Shown: piece after piece, positions 31,541 to 44,914 of the stretch
How the letters are laid out: each line of letters opens with the position of its first letter
Position numbering within the stretch: the first letter of the stretch is position 1
NCBI RefSeq assembly: GCF_000315625.1
Contig: NW_005434664.1
Span: forward strand, 295,765 to 359,764
Direction: 5' to 3'
Origin: Guillardia theta CCMP2712
Lineage: Eukaryota; Protista; Cryptophyta
DNA: 64,000 nucleotides
Program-made: the position numbers and the translations under genes
Notes under the pieces: generated by a model
Database searches by the model: none
What the model saw: only the letters and a program-made list of their open reading frames with translations
What the model was told of the DNA's origin: nothing

Positions 31541-34500
31541 TTACATTACATTACAACTTTTGTCTACAGAAGTTCTTTCACTTTCGCGATCAGAACCTTG
31601 GCACCTTGTGCTTCTTCCAGTCTCTTGCGAAGGCATCAAAAACTCTCTCCTCTGAGCAACGATGCTAGGGTTTTGTCGCATTTCTTCTAATAGTTCTTCA
31701 GAGTCGTCCACAGGGCCTTCTACCAAACTCAATGCCCCATCGATCAGATCAGGGTGCAATGGAGGCAGCAGGCAGTGGAGTGGATCCTCTCCGTCACTTT
31801 CCTGAATGCTTTCCGATGAAATGCTGATAGAGTCGGGTACATATTCCGAATCCGACTCGTCCCGATAAACAGCATCCCCCGAAAGAAATTCAGTAAAGAA
31901 ACGACAAGAGTCGCTATCACAACTGTAGGACGAATCGCTGAAAGACAAAACAAACAATCAATATTCAAATGCCATGAACAGTCGAAGCACCTGGACTGAG
32001 ACAAATTGCTGCTTGCACTGTCTTGGCCACTATCGAATGGAGTTTGAGGACACTCATCTGCAACGTAATAAGTGTGTTCATTACAGACATAGGCAAAGGG
32101 CCAAAAAGGTACCTTCAGATGCATGCCTGACGAGTGCATCAGACTTTTGAAACACTTTCTCGAGATGAGATAGTCCATCCTTTACAATGCTCCCCTCCAT
32201 GGAATCTGCAGCGATCGCTCTAAAAGACTCATGCCCTCTATCTGCTGCAATATGCAAATTGACCCTGTCCTCCGATTGAACCTTCTCCTGGTCATTTCCT
32301 CCCTGATTGTTTCCATCCTCTATCTCCGATCCAAGAACGAAAACGGCACTAGACTGAGATTGTGATTCAGGGTCAGCCAGGTGCTGGAAACAATCTACAG
32401 CTGCAACTTCAAATTCATCCCCAGCCTCTGCTTCCCTACTGACCAGCCCTTCCTCCTGAGCTTTGCAATCCTCAGCCTCTGAATCGATCTCAGACCAAGC
32501 CTCTTCACCAAACAACAAGCCCGTCACGTCACCACTGTAGCTAAAAGTCTTACACTGAGCTTCTGCAAATTCGATTCCCCCAGGTGCCTCGCTTCCGTCG
32601 TCAGCCTTGTCGTGAGCGTACTCCTTGCAAGCTTGTGGGTCTCCTTGCCTCTGGCTGTCATCCTCCTTAGCTCCCTTAGCCCTCTCAGCCCCGTCCTCGA
32701 GCTTTCCGATGCAGACAAAGCTTGACTCGGCCCTGTCAGCCTCCTCGTCGGCCTCTGCTTCTCGTCTGACCAGCCCTTCCTCCTGCGCTTTGCCATCCTC
32801 AGCCTCTGGCCTAGCCTCAGACTCGCCGACCCCCCCAGGTGCCTCGCTTCCGTCGTCAGCCTTGTCGTGAGCGTACTCCTTGCAAGCTTGTGGGTCTCCT
32901 TGCCTCTGGCTGTCATCCTCCTTAGCTCCCTTAGCCCTCTCAGCCTCGTCCTCGAGCTTTCCGATGCAGACAAAGCTTGACTCGGCCCTGTCAGCCTCCT
33001 CGTCGGCCTCTGCTTCTCGTCTGACCAGCCCTTCCTCCTGCGCTTTGCCATCCTCAGCCTCTGGCCTAGCCTCAGACTCGCCGACCCCCCCAGGTGCCTC
33101 GCTTCCGTCGTCAGCCTTGTCGTGAGCGTACTCCTTGCAAGCTTGTGGGTCTCCTTGCCTCTGGCTGTCATCCTCCTTAGCTCCCTTAGCCCTCTCAGCC
33201 CCGTCCTCGAGCTTTCCGATGCAGACAAAGCTTGACTCGGCCCTGTCAGCCTCCTCGTCGGCCTCTGCTTCTCGTCTGACCAGCCCTTTCCTCCTGCGCT
33301 TGCCATCCTCAGCCTCTGGCCTAGCCTCAGACTCGCCGACCCCCCCAGGTGCCTCGCTTCCGTCGTCAGCCTTGTCGTGAGCGTACTCCTTGCAAGCTTG
33401 TGGGTCTCCTTGCCTCTGGCTGTCATCCTCCTTAGCTCCCTTAGCCCTCTCAGCCTCGTCCTCGAGCTTTCCGATGCAGACAAAGCTTGACTCGGCCCTG
33501 TCAGCCTCCTCGTCGGCCTCTGCTTCTCGTCTGACCAGCCCTTCCTCCTGCGCTTTGCCATCCTCAGCCTCTGGCCTAGCCTCAGACTCGCCGACCCCCC
33601 CAGGTGCCTCGCTTCCGTCGTCAGCCTTGTCGTGAGCGTACTCCTTGCAAGCTTGTGGGTCTCCTTGCCTCTGGCTGTCATCCTCCTTAGCTCCCTTAGC
33701 CCTCTCAGCCTCGTCCTCGAGCTTTCCGATGCAGACAAAGCTTGACTCGGCCCTGTCAGCCTCCTCGTCGGCCTCTGCTTCTCGTCTGACCAGCCCTTCC
33801 TCCTGCGCTTTGCCATCCTCAGCCTCTGGCCTAGCCTCAGACTCGCCGACCCCCCCAGGTGCCTCGCTTCCGTCGTCAGCCTTGTCGTGAGCGTACTCCT
33901 TGCAAGCTTGTGGGTCTCCTTGCCTCTGGCTGTCATCCTCCTTAGCTCCCTTAGCCCTCTCAGCCTCGTCCTCGAGCTTTCCGATGCAGACAAAGCTTGA
34001 CTCGGCCCTGTCAGCCTCCTCATCGGCCTCTGCTTCTCGTCTGACCAGCCCTTCCTCCTGCGCTTTGCCATCCTCAGCCTCTGGCCTAGCCTTAGGCTCG
34101 GCGCCTTGTTGACGCGACAAGCCTGTCATTTCACGGCTGTTGCTGCCAGTCGTACACTCAGTTTCTGGCTCGTATCTAGAGTCAGGGGTTTGCTCATTAA
34201 TTTTGCTGGAAGCACAGCAAGAGTTGTATTTTTGGTCTTCATTTCCGCTGCTAGCATCAGTTAGCCATTGGCTACTATTTTCCTCAGTCATCTTGTTCTT
34301 TGCTTTGATAAAATTCACAAAGCCTGACCAAACTGAACAGTGCTGTTTTGTCTTCCTCTTGGGTTCAACCTGAGCAGGACTTACGCGCTTTCTGTTGTTT
34401 TGGGCCTCTTGCTCACTCTGAAAGTGTGGTTGAACCCTCCAATCATCAACACCCTTGGCATTCCAGCTACCCTTGTCCTGATGTTCCGGCTGTCTCTTTG

Positions 34501-36580
34501 CTTTGTTCTCTCCGTCGTTATCATCGTCACGCGCACAAAACTTTTCGGACCATACTCCGTCTCTGCAAGTCGTGCTTAACCCCAATTCGCAATCTGCCTT
34601 CGTCCTAGATACTTGTCCATTTTCCTTCACTGGAATGCGAGCTTTGTTTTGGGATCCATGCTCGCCATGATCAATACTGGAGCTGGTTTGAGCCAGATCA
34701 CTCTTTTCAGATTCTGAGTTTTGCTTAGGCTCTTCAGAAGCCGCTCTGTCATACTCAGGGTCAGGTGTATCCACACGTGTGGAGTACATCGTAGCACAAC
34801 TGTCAGTCTTGGATTTTGCTTCTCCTTTAACTTCAGCCTCATTTTGAGAATCGGATCTGTAATCACACTTGGAGCCTGTAGCAGCACCAAGGTTCCCGTC
34901 GCCAGCCTTTACTTCTAGCTTCTGCACAGCTTTTGATGATGTATTGGATTGAGTTTGATATTGGAGCTCGTCAGCACATGAAAGGACTGTCGAAGTTTCA
35001 ACCAGAAAGATTTGCTGGCTGGATGAGCTGTCCGTCGATGTCCAGCTGTTTTTGACTGACTCATCATCCTCCCATTTTCGTTCCTGATGATCGACATTTA
35101 TCGGATCGTGAATGTCCTCCTGAAATTTCTCTGCAAGCAGATTTCGTCCAGACTCTTGCTCTTGGTTTGGCATGAATTCAGATTTGACATCGCATTCTTT
35201 CAGATTGCTTGGTTGGATCGAACATTTCTTGTCAGCTGGAAATAGAATTTGCTGTCGCCCATATCTTTTCACGCGCTTGATTGTATTCAAGATATGGAGA
35301 TCTGCAATGTTTTCCGTGTCATCTGGAGAGACAGTACCGTGCAAATTATTACCTTCAGTCTCTTGGTGATATATTGCAGTATTTTTGCCGTCTTTCGTAC
35401 AACTGTTCGTCATCGTGCACCGACTTTCTGTCTGGTTTAATTTAGATGTCGACATTTTACATGTTCCGGATTTTGCTTGCGCAGATTGTGTGATTCCATA
35501 TTCATGCTCTTTACCTCCATCGTTTACTTGCTCACCGTGAGGAGGAGCTTCATGACTGTAAGCATCTGTATGTTGTCGATGCACAGGCGTCAATTGAGCA
35601 TCATCAAAGCTGAACATGAATTTCGGAAACGGCCTTGCAAATGGTTGAATAGCCGAAACTATTTGAGGCGATTCAAATGAAAAAGGTAATTCGACTGCCT
35701 TCTCCGTTTCATATCGTTTTGATGGTTGGTCGTCTATTGTCTCTGCAAGTACTGATATCCCATGCAATTCGGTTCGAGGATCGCCTTTATTCAAACCATC
35801 GCTTTCTTGTCTCATTTGAACTTTTTTGTTTGTTCTTGTGTCATATTCAGTGCTCTGATGTGGAGGCAATTTTCCCGATGATGAGGAAATCGTACAAAAG
35901 CGATCTTCGGTGTTCAGGGATTCTTGGCTTGTATTTCTGATTTTGGAACATTCAGGATTCATCTCTTTAGAGGATGACATCGGAGTCAAAACAGAGTGAT
36001 TGGCTGGCATCAACGAGTTTGGTCTGACATTTGATTGTGTTGGATCGACATGAATCTCACAGCCAATGAGTTTGTTTTTTTTTTCCACTGGAACTGAGAA
36101 AGCACCCTGTTTCAACCGTGAACAATCAGGAATCTGTGTAGTCTCCGACAGCCTTTTAGGTCGAATTTTGTCCACGTCAGGTTTCGATCGATAGTTAGAA
36201 GAAAATGCAAATGCCGATCTACTTCGCTTCCTCAACTCTTCAACATTGCCGGTACCGAATTTGAGTTTTCGTTTGCTAAGAGTAGGCAGTGATTTCTTTT
36301 CTTCAACTTGTACAAATGAAATATCATTTTTGTTGTCTGAAGTTTTTGAAAGTTTCTTGTCAGGTTCTCTCATAGATGTCTTGCGCTTCTTGTATTCGGC
36401 TAGCACAAGATTACCTGTACCTTCGACTCGTCGAACGCATCTGGTTGGTCCATGTGAATTGTTCTCACTTCTTGTCGCTGGCATTGCAACTAGACTTGTT
36501 GATGTCTTCTGTGATCGACTATCTTCCACAGCGATGTGCCAGGCGTTCAGCATGAGTCTCGCAAGCTCCGCCGCCGACAT
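31541..36580 (-). CDS. Very large low-complexity protein with six 85-aa acidic tandem repeats
   Basis: A 4.5-kb single open exon (32.1-36.6 kb) is spliced through two short GT-AG introns to an acidic last exon ending at 31541. The start could be an ATG further upstream (about 36694). Confidence 0.7.
32577..34092. repeat. 255-bp coding tandem array, about 5.9 near-identical copies
   Basis: Identical register at 32625, 32880, 33135, 33390, 33645 and 33900; a degenerate partial copy lies at about 32420-32480. Confidence 0.97.
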
Positions 36581-36779
36581 GATCGAATGACTTTGGCGGG
36601 AACCAAGAGTTTGTGGCCTATCTATGAGGTGGTTCCCTACTCCCCACGCAAGCCCATCGGAAAACTGGCAAGTGGGCAAGGTGCTGCTCATCATCAGTGA
36701 AAAGATGAAATGGAAACACAATTAGCTCACCGCATTTAGCCTCCATCCCCTCAACTACCTCAGGTTCGAGGCTTTCCTA

Positions 36780-39480
36780 GCACCTTCCTAGACTGGGTCA
36801 TAGTGAGGTCTGTGGAGCATAAGGAAGTGGGTGCATCTGACCCTCATCCCCTCATCCGATCGCTATAGGAATGCCATAGGATCCTTAGGTCAGATAGAAC
36901 CTAGGTCGTACGTAGTCAACAACATCATTGATCGTAACGGATGGTGTCCGTTGAGGGTCCATAACCCCACCCCTTCGATGTATCACCCCCACCCAAGTTT
37001 TGTGAGTCCCGTTCCTTCCCCACAAGTGACACATCTTCTTCCCGACCCCGGTACCACCCCCTTGTTTCCCTGGAAAGTACCTATCGTGACCCAGCAAGTA
37101 AACCAGAACGCCCCACCCCCAGCTTTGAGCAGCGGCCTCCCACATATGCTGACAGCACCCGCCACCCCTCAGAGCGCAAAGGGTGCCTAAAACCTTTTTT
37201 TGAGCCTCATCCACCCCAGGATTGTAGGCCAACTTAACGTAGGAAGAAGGGGTACGCAGTTGGTACGGCGGGCACCTGCATTCAAGCACCGTGCACAGGG
37301 GTGATAGACAATTCTATAAAAGGAAAACGTACCACCCCCGCGGATGAAGCCTCGTGACCCAATTTTGCAGCCCAGCCTACCCCTCGTTGAAAGATCACTA
37401 CCCCCTCGAGATACCAATGCTTTACAAACCATTCTCAACGACCAGACCACCCAACCCCTATCCTGACCAAGAAGCCCTACAGCGCGTTACCTAAGTGGTC
37501 ATACTCTTTTCTTATACAGGTATCCCCGTAATAGGACCAAGGGTACACTTCTCAATCACGATACGGTGTAAGACACCCCCGCCGACAAAAGACAAGCAAT
37601 CCCCACCCCCCACCTACCCCAGAAATGCACTCCCCAATTTTACAACACTCTCCAATACGACCTTCTCGCATATGAGAAGGGGGGGTAGTACTAGTGGATT
37701 GTGAGTACCCTACCCTGAAGAAGAGAACGTGTCAAATCCCTGCCCTGTCCTCTTCTATATCTGTTGTATAACAGACACCCTACCCCTTGAACTACGAGTT
37801 TTCTCAAATCTACTCCCTTCAGCAAGCACCCCCACCACCCAAGCTTTCTACACCCCTTCTCCTCTGCAGAATCATCCTAGCATTCCCCTCTTCCACTAGG
37901 CGTTGCAGGGGAAGGATGCTAGATTTAGGGGTGGTACCAAGGTTGTAGCAGCGAGGGTTAAAACGTGATCGAGCTGATGGGGTACGAAAAATTGAAAAAT
38001 AATTGTGGTAGGGTGGAAATGGTTGAGAATCATGGGTAGGGTTGAATCGATTTAAGCATGGTAAAGGGGTACTCGTCAGGGGGGTAGGTATTTTGTTGAG
38101 GCGGAGGGTGGCGTACTCAGCTGCAACAGAATTCAAAAAAAGATGGTGGAGTATGGGGAAAGGGGGGGTACTACCTGGATCTTCGGGCAACAAAGAAGTT
38201 GATACATTTTAGAGGTGGGGTGCTCCACGAAAAGGAGGTACTGGGTAGGGTTGTAGGTTAGTCTTTGGATAGATACTACAAGGGGTCGACTATGAAACAG
38301 AGTCGGAGGGAGGGTGGTCTTCAGAGGGTACCTGCCAATAGAATGGGGGTACGAGCTGTAGGCGGTGGGGTACACAACAGTCGCAATGTTGGAGTGAGAC
38401 CCAGGTGGGGTACTGGAGCAATTGTTAAATGGGGAGAAGGGGTACTACCACAGTCACGAGGATTAATGAAGGAAACGACGGGCAGGTCGTTGAAGGTCCA
38501 ACTCCCCAAGAAGGGGGGGTATTGACTGGATTAGGTGGGGTGGGTCGACAGGTCGGGGGAATGTGACTAAAAGAGGCCATGAGGCGGGGGTTGGTGGTAT
38601 CCTTTGACGTTGTTTCGATCACAAATATGTATGGTACTCTTCAAAAGGAGGGGGTACATGGAGTACCCTAACAAAGTAAGCAGTGCAATCTATAGGAGGA
38701 CCATCTGAAAACAAGGGGTACATTTACCAGGGCAATCCAATTACATACTGGACATGGGGTACTGGTTATTGTTGTTCAATTTGAGGGTAGGGTGGTTTGG
38801 AATGGTGGACAATCTGTGTGGGATTAAAAACACTGAAATACGAAAAGCTCTATTTTCAAAATTGAGGGATTGAAGCAACGAAAAGTTTTCTTATCTCATC
38901 GTTTGAAACGAAACGATGAGATATTTGTACGGGAGAGGATTTTTTTTACAGTACCCACCCCCATTCACAGCTTCTAGAAATGTGATGCATGTATCCTTAC
39001 CCACCCTTGTGCTGCCCCGACGATCAATGACCCGTCGGAAAAGACCCAACGGCCCTGATGACCCCTGAACCGACAGAATTCTATTGATGAGAATCGAGAT
39101 ACCCGTAGTTTTGACCTAAATTGCATTATCGAACGACGGGTGAATGATGTATCAGTAGCGGCTGTCCGGAAAGAAGAACGGGTGGGGTAGTAGAATTGAC
39201 CCAATTGACGTCCAGGGTGGGTGGTAAACATCGGATGAAGTGATTTTTAAAATTCCATGGGGGTGGGTAATCGGGGGAGTTGGGCCGGGGTGGGTAAGAT
39301 GGATGGGTCAGACTGGCTTGAAGGATACAGGGTGGTACCCTGTATTTGGGGTAGTAAAGAGGGCAAAAGTGGGGTATTCGCAAGGGACGGAAGGGGTCAC
39401 AGGAGGGGGGTGACAAAAGTCAGGGCAGAGGTTGTAGGGTGGAGCGGTGACGAGGTGGGGGGTGGGGTGGGAGGACTAAA
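36780..39480. other. GGGGTAC/GTACCCC-rich intergenic block between divergent genes
   Basis: Many G3-6TA(C)/(G)TACC3-4 motifs in both orientations (e.g. 37249, 37979, 38066, 38345, 38367, 38407, 38439, 38651, 38715, 38756); no credible ORF. Confidence 0.7.
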
Positions 39481-39864
39481 GGAAAACCTTCGCCTCCCGA
39501 TCCCGCTAGCTGCCATCCTCCCCCTTTGTTGATCTCTTGCGGAAGCGTTCTTCTCGCCCCCGCCCCCGCCCTTCAAGTTTCAGAGTGCTTGTATTCTCTT
39601 GATTCGAGACTCTCTCTCTCCTCTCTCCTCTTGACTGCCTTCTCCCAAACTTTCTCGCCCGCTCCTAGCACCAACCTTGCTTTCGTACGAAAGTTTCGTA
39701 CTAGCCTGCTGCAGGGTCATCGTCCGTGCTTGTGCAGCTTTCTTGCGAGTGATCGCTTGAATTTCTTCGTTTCGAACTGAAACACCAAGGTTTTTGCTCA
39801 TTGCTACAGATTTGACTGGCGAAACAAGAGGATCCTATCCTTCCGGTCAAAATACCATCTAAGC

Positions 39865-40728
39865 ATGTCACCTATGAGCCCTGTTGCCAGCGACGATACA
39901 ATCGTCAGGAGTACTTCTCCGCTCAATGTCACAAAGTCGCCCATCCACAAGAAAAGAGATGAGCATGCAAAATCTATGAATCAGCTCAGAAACAAGCTTC
40001 GTAGATCTCATGATCCTACAGTCGTTGAATTGCCAAACCAGGGCGCTGAGAACGAGAACATGGATGATCTGAATGTGGATAACTCCTGGTTCAACGGAGC
40101 ACATTCATCAGAAGAAGAATGCTCGGATGAGGAGCACAATCCTTCACATGTGGACGAGAACCATGAAGGAATGAGCAATATGTCAAGTGGAGTGTTCGAT
40201 GCGGATTCTATGGATGGCTATGAACAGGAGCATGATCATGCCGTAGATGAGGCTGCGGATGAGAACAACCACGCTGAGGAACAAGAAGAGGATTACGAAG
40301 ATGACCAGGAACAGCAAGTCGCCCCTGATCAGACCCAGCCCGAGTACCATGGCCAAGAGATTATCGAGGAGGAGGAGGAGGATGCTTTTGAAGCCGGTCC
40401 CGAGGAGCAGGTAGAAGAAGGCTTCAATATCGATGATGTGGAGAACTACAATGCAAACATGATCGATGGAGAGGCCGAAGTGGACCAAGAAAGGGAGGAG
40501 TACGTGGATGCCAACTTTCACCCCGAGGTCTCAGTCGATGAGCTGTGTGAAGACCAGCACGAGGGGGTGTCGTTGGACTGGATCGAGGACGAAGACCGTG
40601 GTGCCCATGCTGGTTTTGATCATCATGCGACGTCTGTGGGAAACGAGTTTGCCCACGATAATCAGGGACAAATCGATTGCTTCGACAGCAGCGTTGCAGC
40701 TCCTCCGCCGGCTGATGATGATTTGTAG
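39865..40728 (+). CDS. Highly acidic, likely disordered hypothetical protein (287 aa)
   Basis: Single ATG-initiated ORF with a basic N-terminal patch (KSPIHKKR) followed by an E/D/H/N-rich body. Confidence 0.7.
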   Translation: MSPMSPVASDDTIVRSTSPLNVTKSPIHKKRDEHAKSMNQLRNKLRRSHDPTVVELPNQGAENENMDDLNVDNSWFNGAHSSEEECSDEEHNPSHVDENHEGMSNMSSGVFDADSMDGYEQEHDHAVDEAADENNHAEEQEEDYEDDQEQQVAPDQTQPEYHGQEIIEEEEEDAFEAGPEEQVEEGFNIDDVENYNANMIDGEAEVDQEREEYVDANFHPEVSVDELCEDQHEGVSLDWIEDEDRGAHAGFDHHATSVGNEFAHDNQGQIDCFDSSVAAPPPADDDL

Positions 40729-40892
40729 GATTGTAGATAGTCCCGCCTGGCATGTCTCTATACAATAAATTGTGATAGCTTTGATGGGACTTGTGATCGA
40801 TGAAAGAAGGTGAAGGCTCCGGTTTTCACTTGAGTGTTAAAATGTATTTACAAGCGATCTGTACATCTACGATGGGGAGAGTGGGGCGTGTT

Positions 40893-43800
40893 TCACTCCC
40901 TTCTGCCCCGTCCGTGGGGTGCAAGCACGTTGCTGCCTGTGAGCGGTGAAGATTAAACGACAAAACGAGAGCAAGAGGAAAACCTGTGTTGTGCCAGGTA
41001 CTTGAACCCCATCCTCCTCTGCTGAGTTTCTCTCCTTGAATTCAGTCAGAGTAGGATCAAGGAACGATCCGCACTCCGCTACCTGACGCTTTTGCTGGAG
41101 CTCGCGACAGGATTTCTAGCGCCTCCTGGAGCTCTTGCCCATCCTTCTTATACAACATATGCTTGACTTCACCCCACTCCTCCCTAGTCTTGGGCTCTCC
41201 GAGGACAGCACTCCTGCAAGACCTCAGCGTCATGAGAGAAGGGGAGGGGAAAGGAGGGGAGAGAGGAGGAGACGAGGGGGAAGATGGGAAAGGAGGAGGA
41301 GAGGAGGAGGGGAGAGAGGAGAGGAGGAGGAGAGGAGGAGGGGAGAGAGTAGGGGAGAGAGGAGATGGAGTGTCACCTCCAGCCGGAACCCAGCGAGTCG
41401 GTGCACACTAAAAGTTTTCTTCGTGCATCCTCAGCCCATCGCTCGACCTTGGCTATGGAGGATTGAAGCCGCCGGACCGAAGGATCGATCTGCGGAGGCA
41501 GGAGGAAGCAACCTCCTATCAGTCGCCCATGTCGACCAGCATGCTCGTCGCAACCTTCAGTCTTGCCGCATCTCTCGCCTTCTTCGCTTCCTCGTAGCGT
41601 TCCCTCAGCCCAGGGACCACCAGCTCTTCATCCTCCATGACAGCTGCTGCTTTCTCGTGCAGCTTCTTGGCAGACTCCACCTTCCACTCCCATGCCTTTC
41701 AAGACGAGTCACCACAACGTGACTTCATGGAAAGAGCTTGCCTGCGTCTGGTTCTCGTGGAGAGCAACCTGTTGATCGAACTGCAGCACATTCACCGTCT
41801 TGTCATTCGAGCATGCCTCCCTCCTCCTCGTCTTCCTCCTTCTTGCTACTCAACCCTCCCTCCGTTCCACTTGCTGTCTCCCTTCTCTCGAAGTTCCTTC
41901 CCTGGTCTGTTGCTGACTTCTCCTCTCTATGTTGGTCCAGCATCGTCACCTGCTCCAACTCTTCTTGCAGCGCTTGACGATCGTGATCGATGTAGCTGAT
42001 CAGATTCTACAAACAAGAACTCTGGTCAAGGCAGATCTTTGGCAAGATCCGAGGGAAAGAGAAAACGAGCGCACGAGGAGGAGGAGACAGCGGAGCTCTA
42101 GCAACCTGCAGGATCGTCTCCAGCCTCCCCTTCTTGGAACTCAAGGAGCTGTAAAGACCCGACGTGAGGGCCGCAAGCTCACTGCTGAAAGGAAGTTTCT
42201 TTGTTTCCAGCTCCTTCGCCACAGCTCGAGCTTGACTGGTCTGCAAACAAAGCCGATTACCAACTCATCCCAACCATCCTCCTCTCTCTTCCCCCTCCCC
42301 CAGCTCTCTTCCTGGTCTCGTGTCCTCTCGATCACTCCCTGACCCAACTCCCTCGCAGATTCCCTCAGACTCTCCTCCCTCCCACATCGCCATTTCTCAC
42401 CTTAGCCTGTGAGATCATGACGCCGATCTGCTCAACCATATCCCGCTCAGCATCCAGCTCCTGAACTTGTGCGTGAGCGCCTTCCACCAGCCATCGGCAG
42501 AGCTGCTACATTCATCTCCTCCTCCACCCTTGCATGCTCGTTGGCCTGCTTGATGACGAGCAGCGCCGTTGTCTTCCTGCTCACTTCCAGCTGCTCCCCG
42601 TCACTCGCTGCTCAGCTGCAGCAACGCAGGCGAACCTTCTTCACCAGCTCCTCCAGCAGGCTGCCAGACTCCTCCTTCTGCTCATCACCTTTAGAACCAT
42701 AGAACCATTCGAGCCATCCCAAAACCATCATCCTGCCCCTCTCCCACATTTCCCTGCATCTTACCCCCCCGCCCCCCCCGCCACATCCCCACCCCACGTA
42801 TCCCTCCTGTCTTGCAAAATCTTCCATCCTCTACGAAAGATTGCAACCTTTCTCTCCACCCACCTGCCATGAGCTGAGCCGAAAGTGCGCTTCAGCGGCC
42901 AACAACTTCTTCTCTGCCTCCTGCGTGCTCTCCATCATTCTACATGCCTCTGCCACATGAACCCACCTCCACGTCCTCCTCCTCGTGTCTCGTCAAGTTC
43001 TGTTGCGCCTTCAGCTTGTCCTCCAGCTCGGACAACAATCGTTTCATCTCTCGCCACCCCTGCCGCTCCTTCACGCAAGGATCCACAAGCGCTGCAAGCT
43101 GCTCTGCATCCTTGTCCTCCTGCTTGGCTACTGCCTGCACGTCTCGCTGCAACGGCAACGAGCGTCAGATCAAGGAGGAATCAGGACAGTGTCAAGGCCA
43201 ACAGCAGCAGTAGAAGGGCAGCCTCAAGTCTCACAACTGTCAAACATGCTTACGTCATCGGAGCTGACTGTCTCGTTGATAAACATTTTGTTCTTGTCCA
43301 AGTATCTCTGTCGCCGGGACTTGATCAGTGCCAGGCTCAACTACATCCTCCACAACTCACTTGCACCGTGGAGTCAAGGCTGGCAATGCGACCTGATAAC
43401 GAGCAACAGACCTCACTATCGTCCCAACGCTAGTCAAGGACAGAGCTTACCCATTGACGTGGCATCATCAGCCTGCAAGTCCTCCCCCTTCTCCTTCAGA
43501 TGCTCCACTTGTTGTCTCAACGACGCCACCATCTTCGCGTTCAACTTCTTCACTTCCTGCACATCACCACATATAAGCCAGTCTCATCATCTTCTTTCTG
43601 CACTAGCAGAGCAACACCATCACTGACAAGTCTTACCTGCAGCTTTTCCTCTTCCTTCTCCACTTCTCGCAAGACTCCAGAGCTCCTTACTCGCAAGTTC
43701 TTTGGAAGCCTGCAAAATTCTTCAGCAACACAACTCGAGGCGATGAACGTCTTTACCCTTGCAGAATCTCTTTCACCTCAACCTTGTTGATGTCCTTCAA

Positions 43801-44778
43801 AACGTGTTAAGCAGAAGCATCGTAAAGGCAGATGACAGTACCTTGACCGCTACTCGACCGAAAGTCTGCGATAATTCTCCCATCCTTCCTCTGACCTTGT
43901 CTGCGTTCCTGCAGGTAGGATCAAGACAAGGGAAGAGGCAGCAGATGGCACGAATAAGAAATAAACGCGACAGGACTCATTCTCCGCCATTGTCCTCACC
44001 TCGCATAGTTCCGGGAGATACTCTCCGCCTCCTCGAGAAGTTGCTTCATCCTACACTGCCGGTGAGTTCCAACGGCAGCAACACAAACCTGTCACCTGCT
44101 CCTCGACTTCGAAACACTGTGAAACAGCCGCGCAATCTTCGCCGCCTGCTCCTCCTCCTCGCCCGCGGCCTGTCTGGCCAGCATCTCCGACTTGGACTTG
44201 ATCTTCGATAGATCCCGAAGGATCGAGCTCTTAGCAAAAGATCCATTCCAGTCTGCTGCCATTCTCTCCCTCCTAGTTCCCCTGAGGATCAAGATAGCGT
44301 CGCTCGCCGCATGCTTCAAGGTGCCATTGGGAGCAAACGCCTCTTGCAGGCTGTGCATAGTCCGCCACAGCCCCTCCTGCACGGTTGAATTGGACGAGTA
44401 GTTGCTCTTCCAATCTCGGACGATGTGCTGCATGGTGGACTGGGCCTCGTTCATGGCGTTGGCGACATGCTGAGGGCTCCATGCCAAGTAGCCGACGAAC
44501 CTGTCGTCGTCGTTGTCATCGTCGTCGATCATTTCATCGAGCTCGCCGAGCTCCGCATGAACCTGACCCTGGCCCTGGCCATGGAGCCAGCAGGCGATCC
44601 CGAGGAGGAAGAGGAGGAGGAGGAGGAGGAGGAGGAGGGTCTTATGTGCCCTCGCCTTATCGGTAGCCATCATCCTCTTGCCGTGAGACTTATTCCCTCC
44701 ATCTGACAACAGGCAAGAGCCGATTCGCTCTCATGCTCGACCGTCCTCACACTCCATTCTTTGCCGGTGAGGTCTCAT
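40893..44778 (-). CDS. Signal-anchored coiled-coil protein (multi-exon)
   Basis: Basic N-terminus, poly-Leu TM (LLLLLLLLLFLLGIACW), NxS/T sequons and many heptad-rich exons. Both ends are approximate. Confidence 0.55.
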
Positions 44779-44914
44779 ATTGAATCTTCCTCGTCTCCTT
44801 CTCTCCACTCTCTGCTTCCCTACCCTTGCTTGACATGCATGCCGAAATAGCTCAATGGCAATGAATGTGTGGGCCTGCCTCGGCCACCCTGGCTGCCACC
44901 CGCCGCACAGCGGC

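Noticed and set aside
32524-34071. 515-aa Arg-rich overlapping ORF and the 81-aa antisense ORFs
   Set aside because: By-products of a 255-bp (multiple of 3) unit lacking a stop in that frame; they do not extend meaningfully beyond the array.
32577-34092. Possible CRISPR-like array
   Set aside because: Units are contiguous and identical with no unique spacers, the context is eukaryotic, and no cas genes are present.
36780-39480. Telomeric repeat or retrotransposon remnant
   Set aside because: No fixed-period tandem unit and no RT, integrase or transposase motifs in any listed frame.
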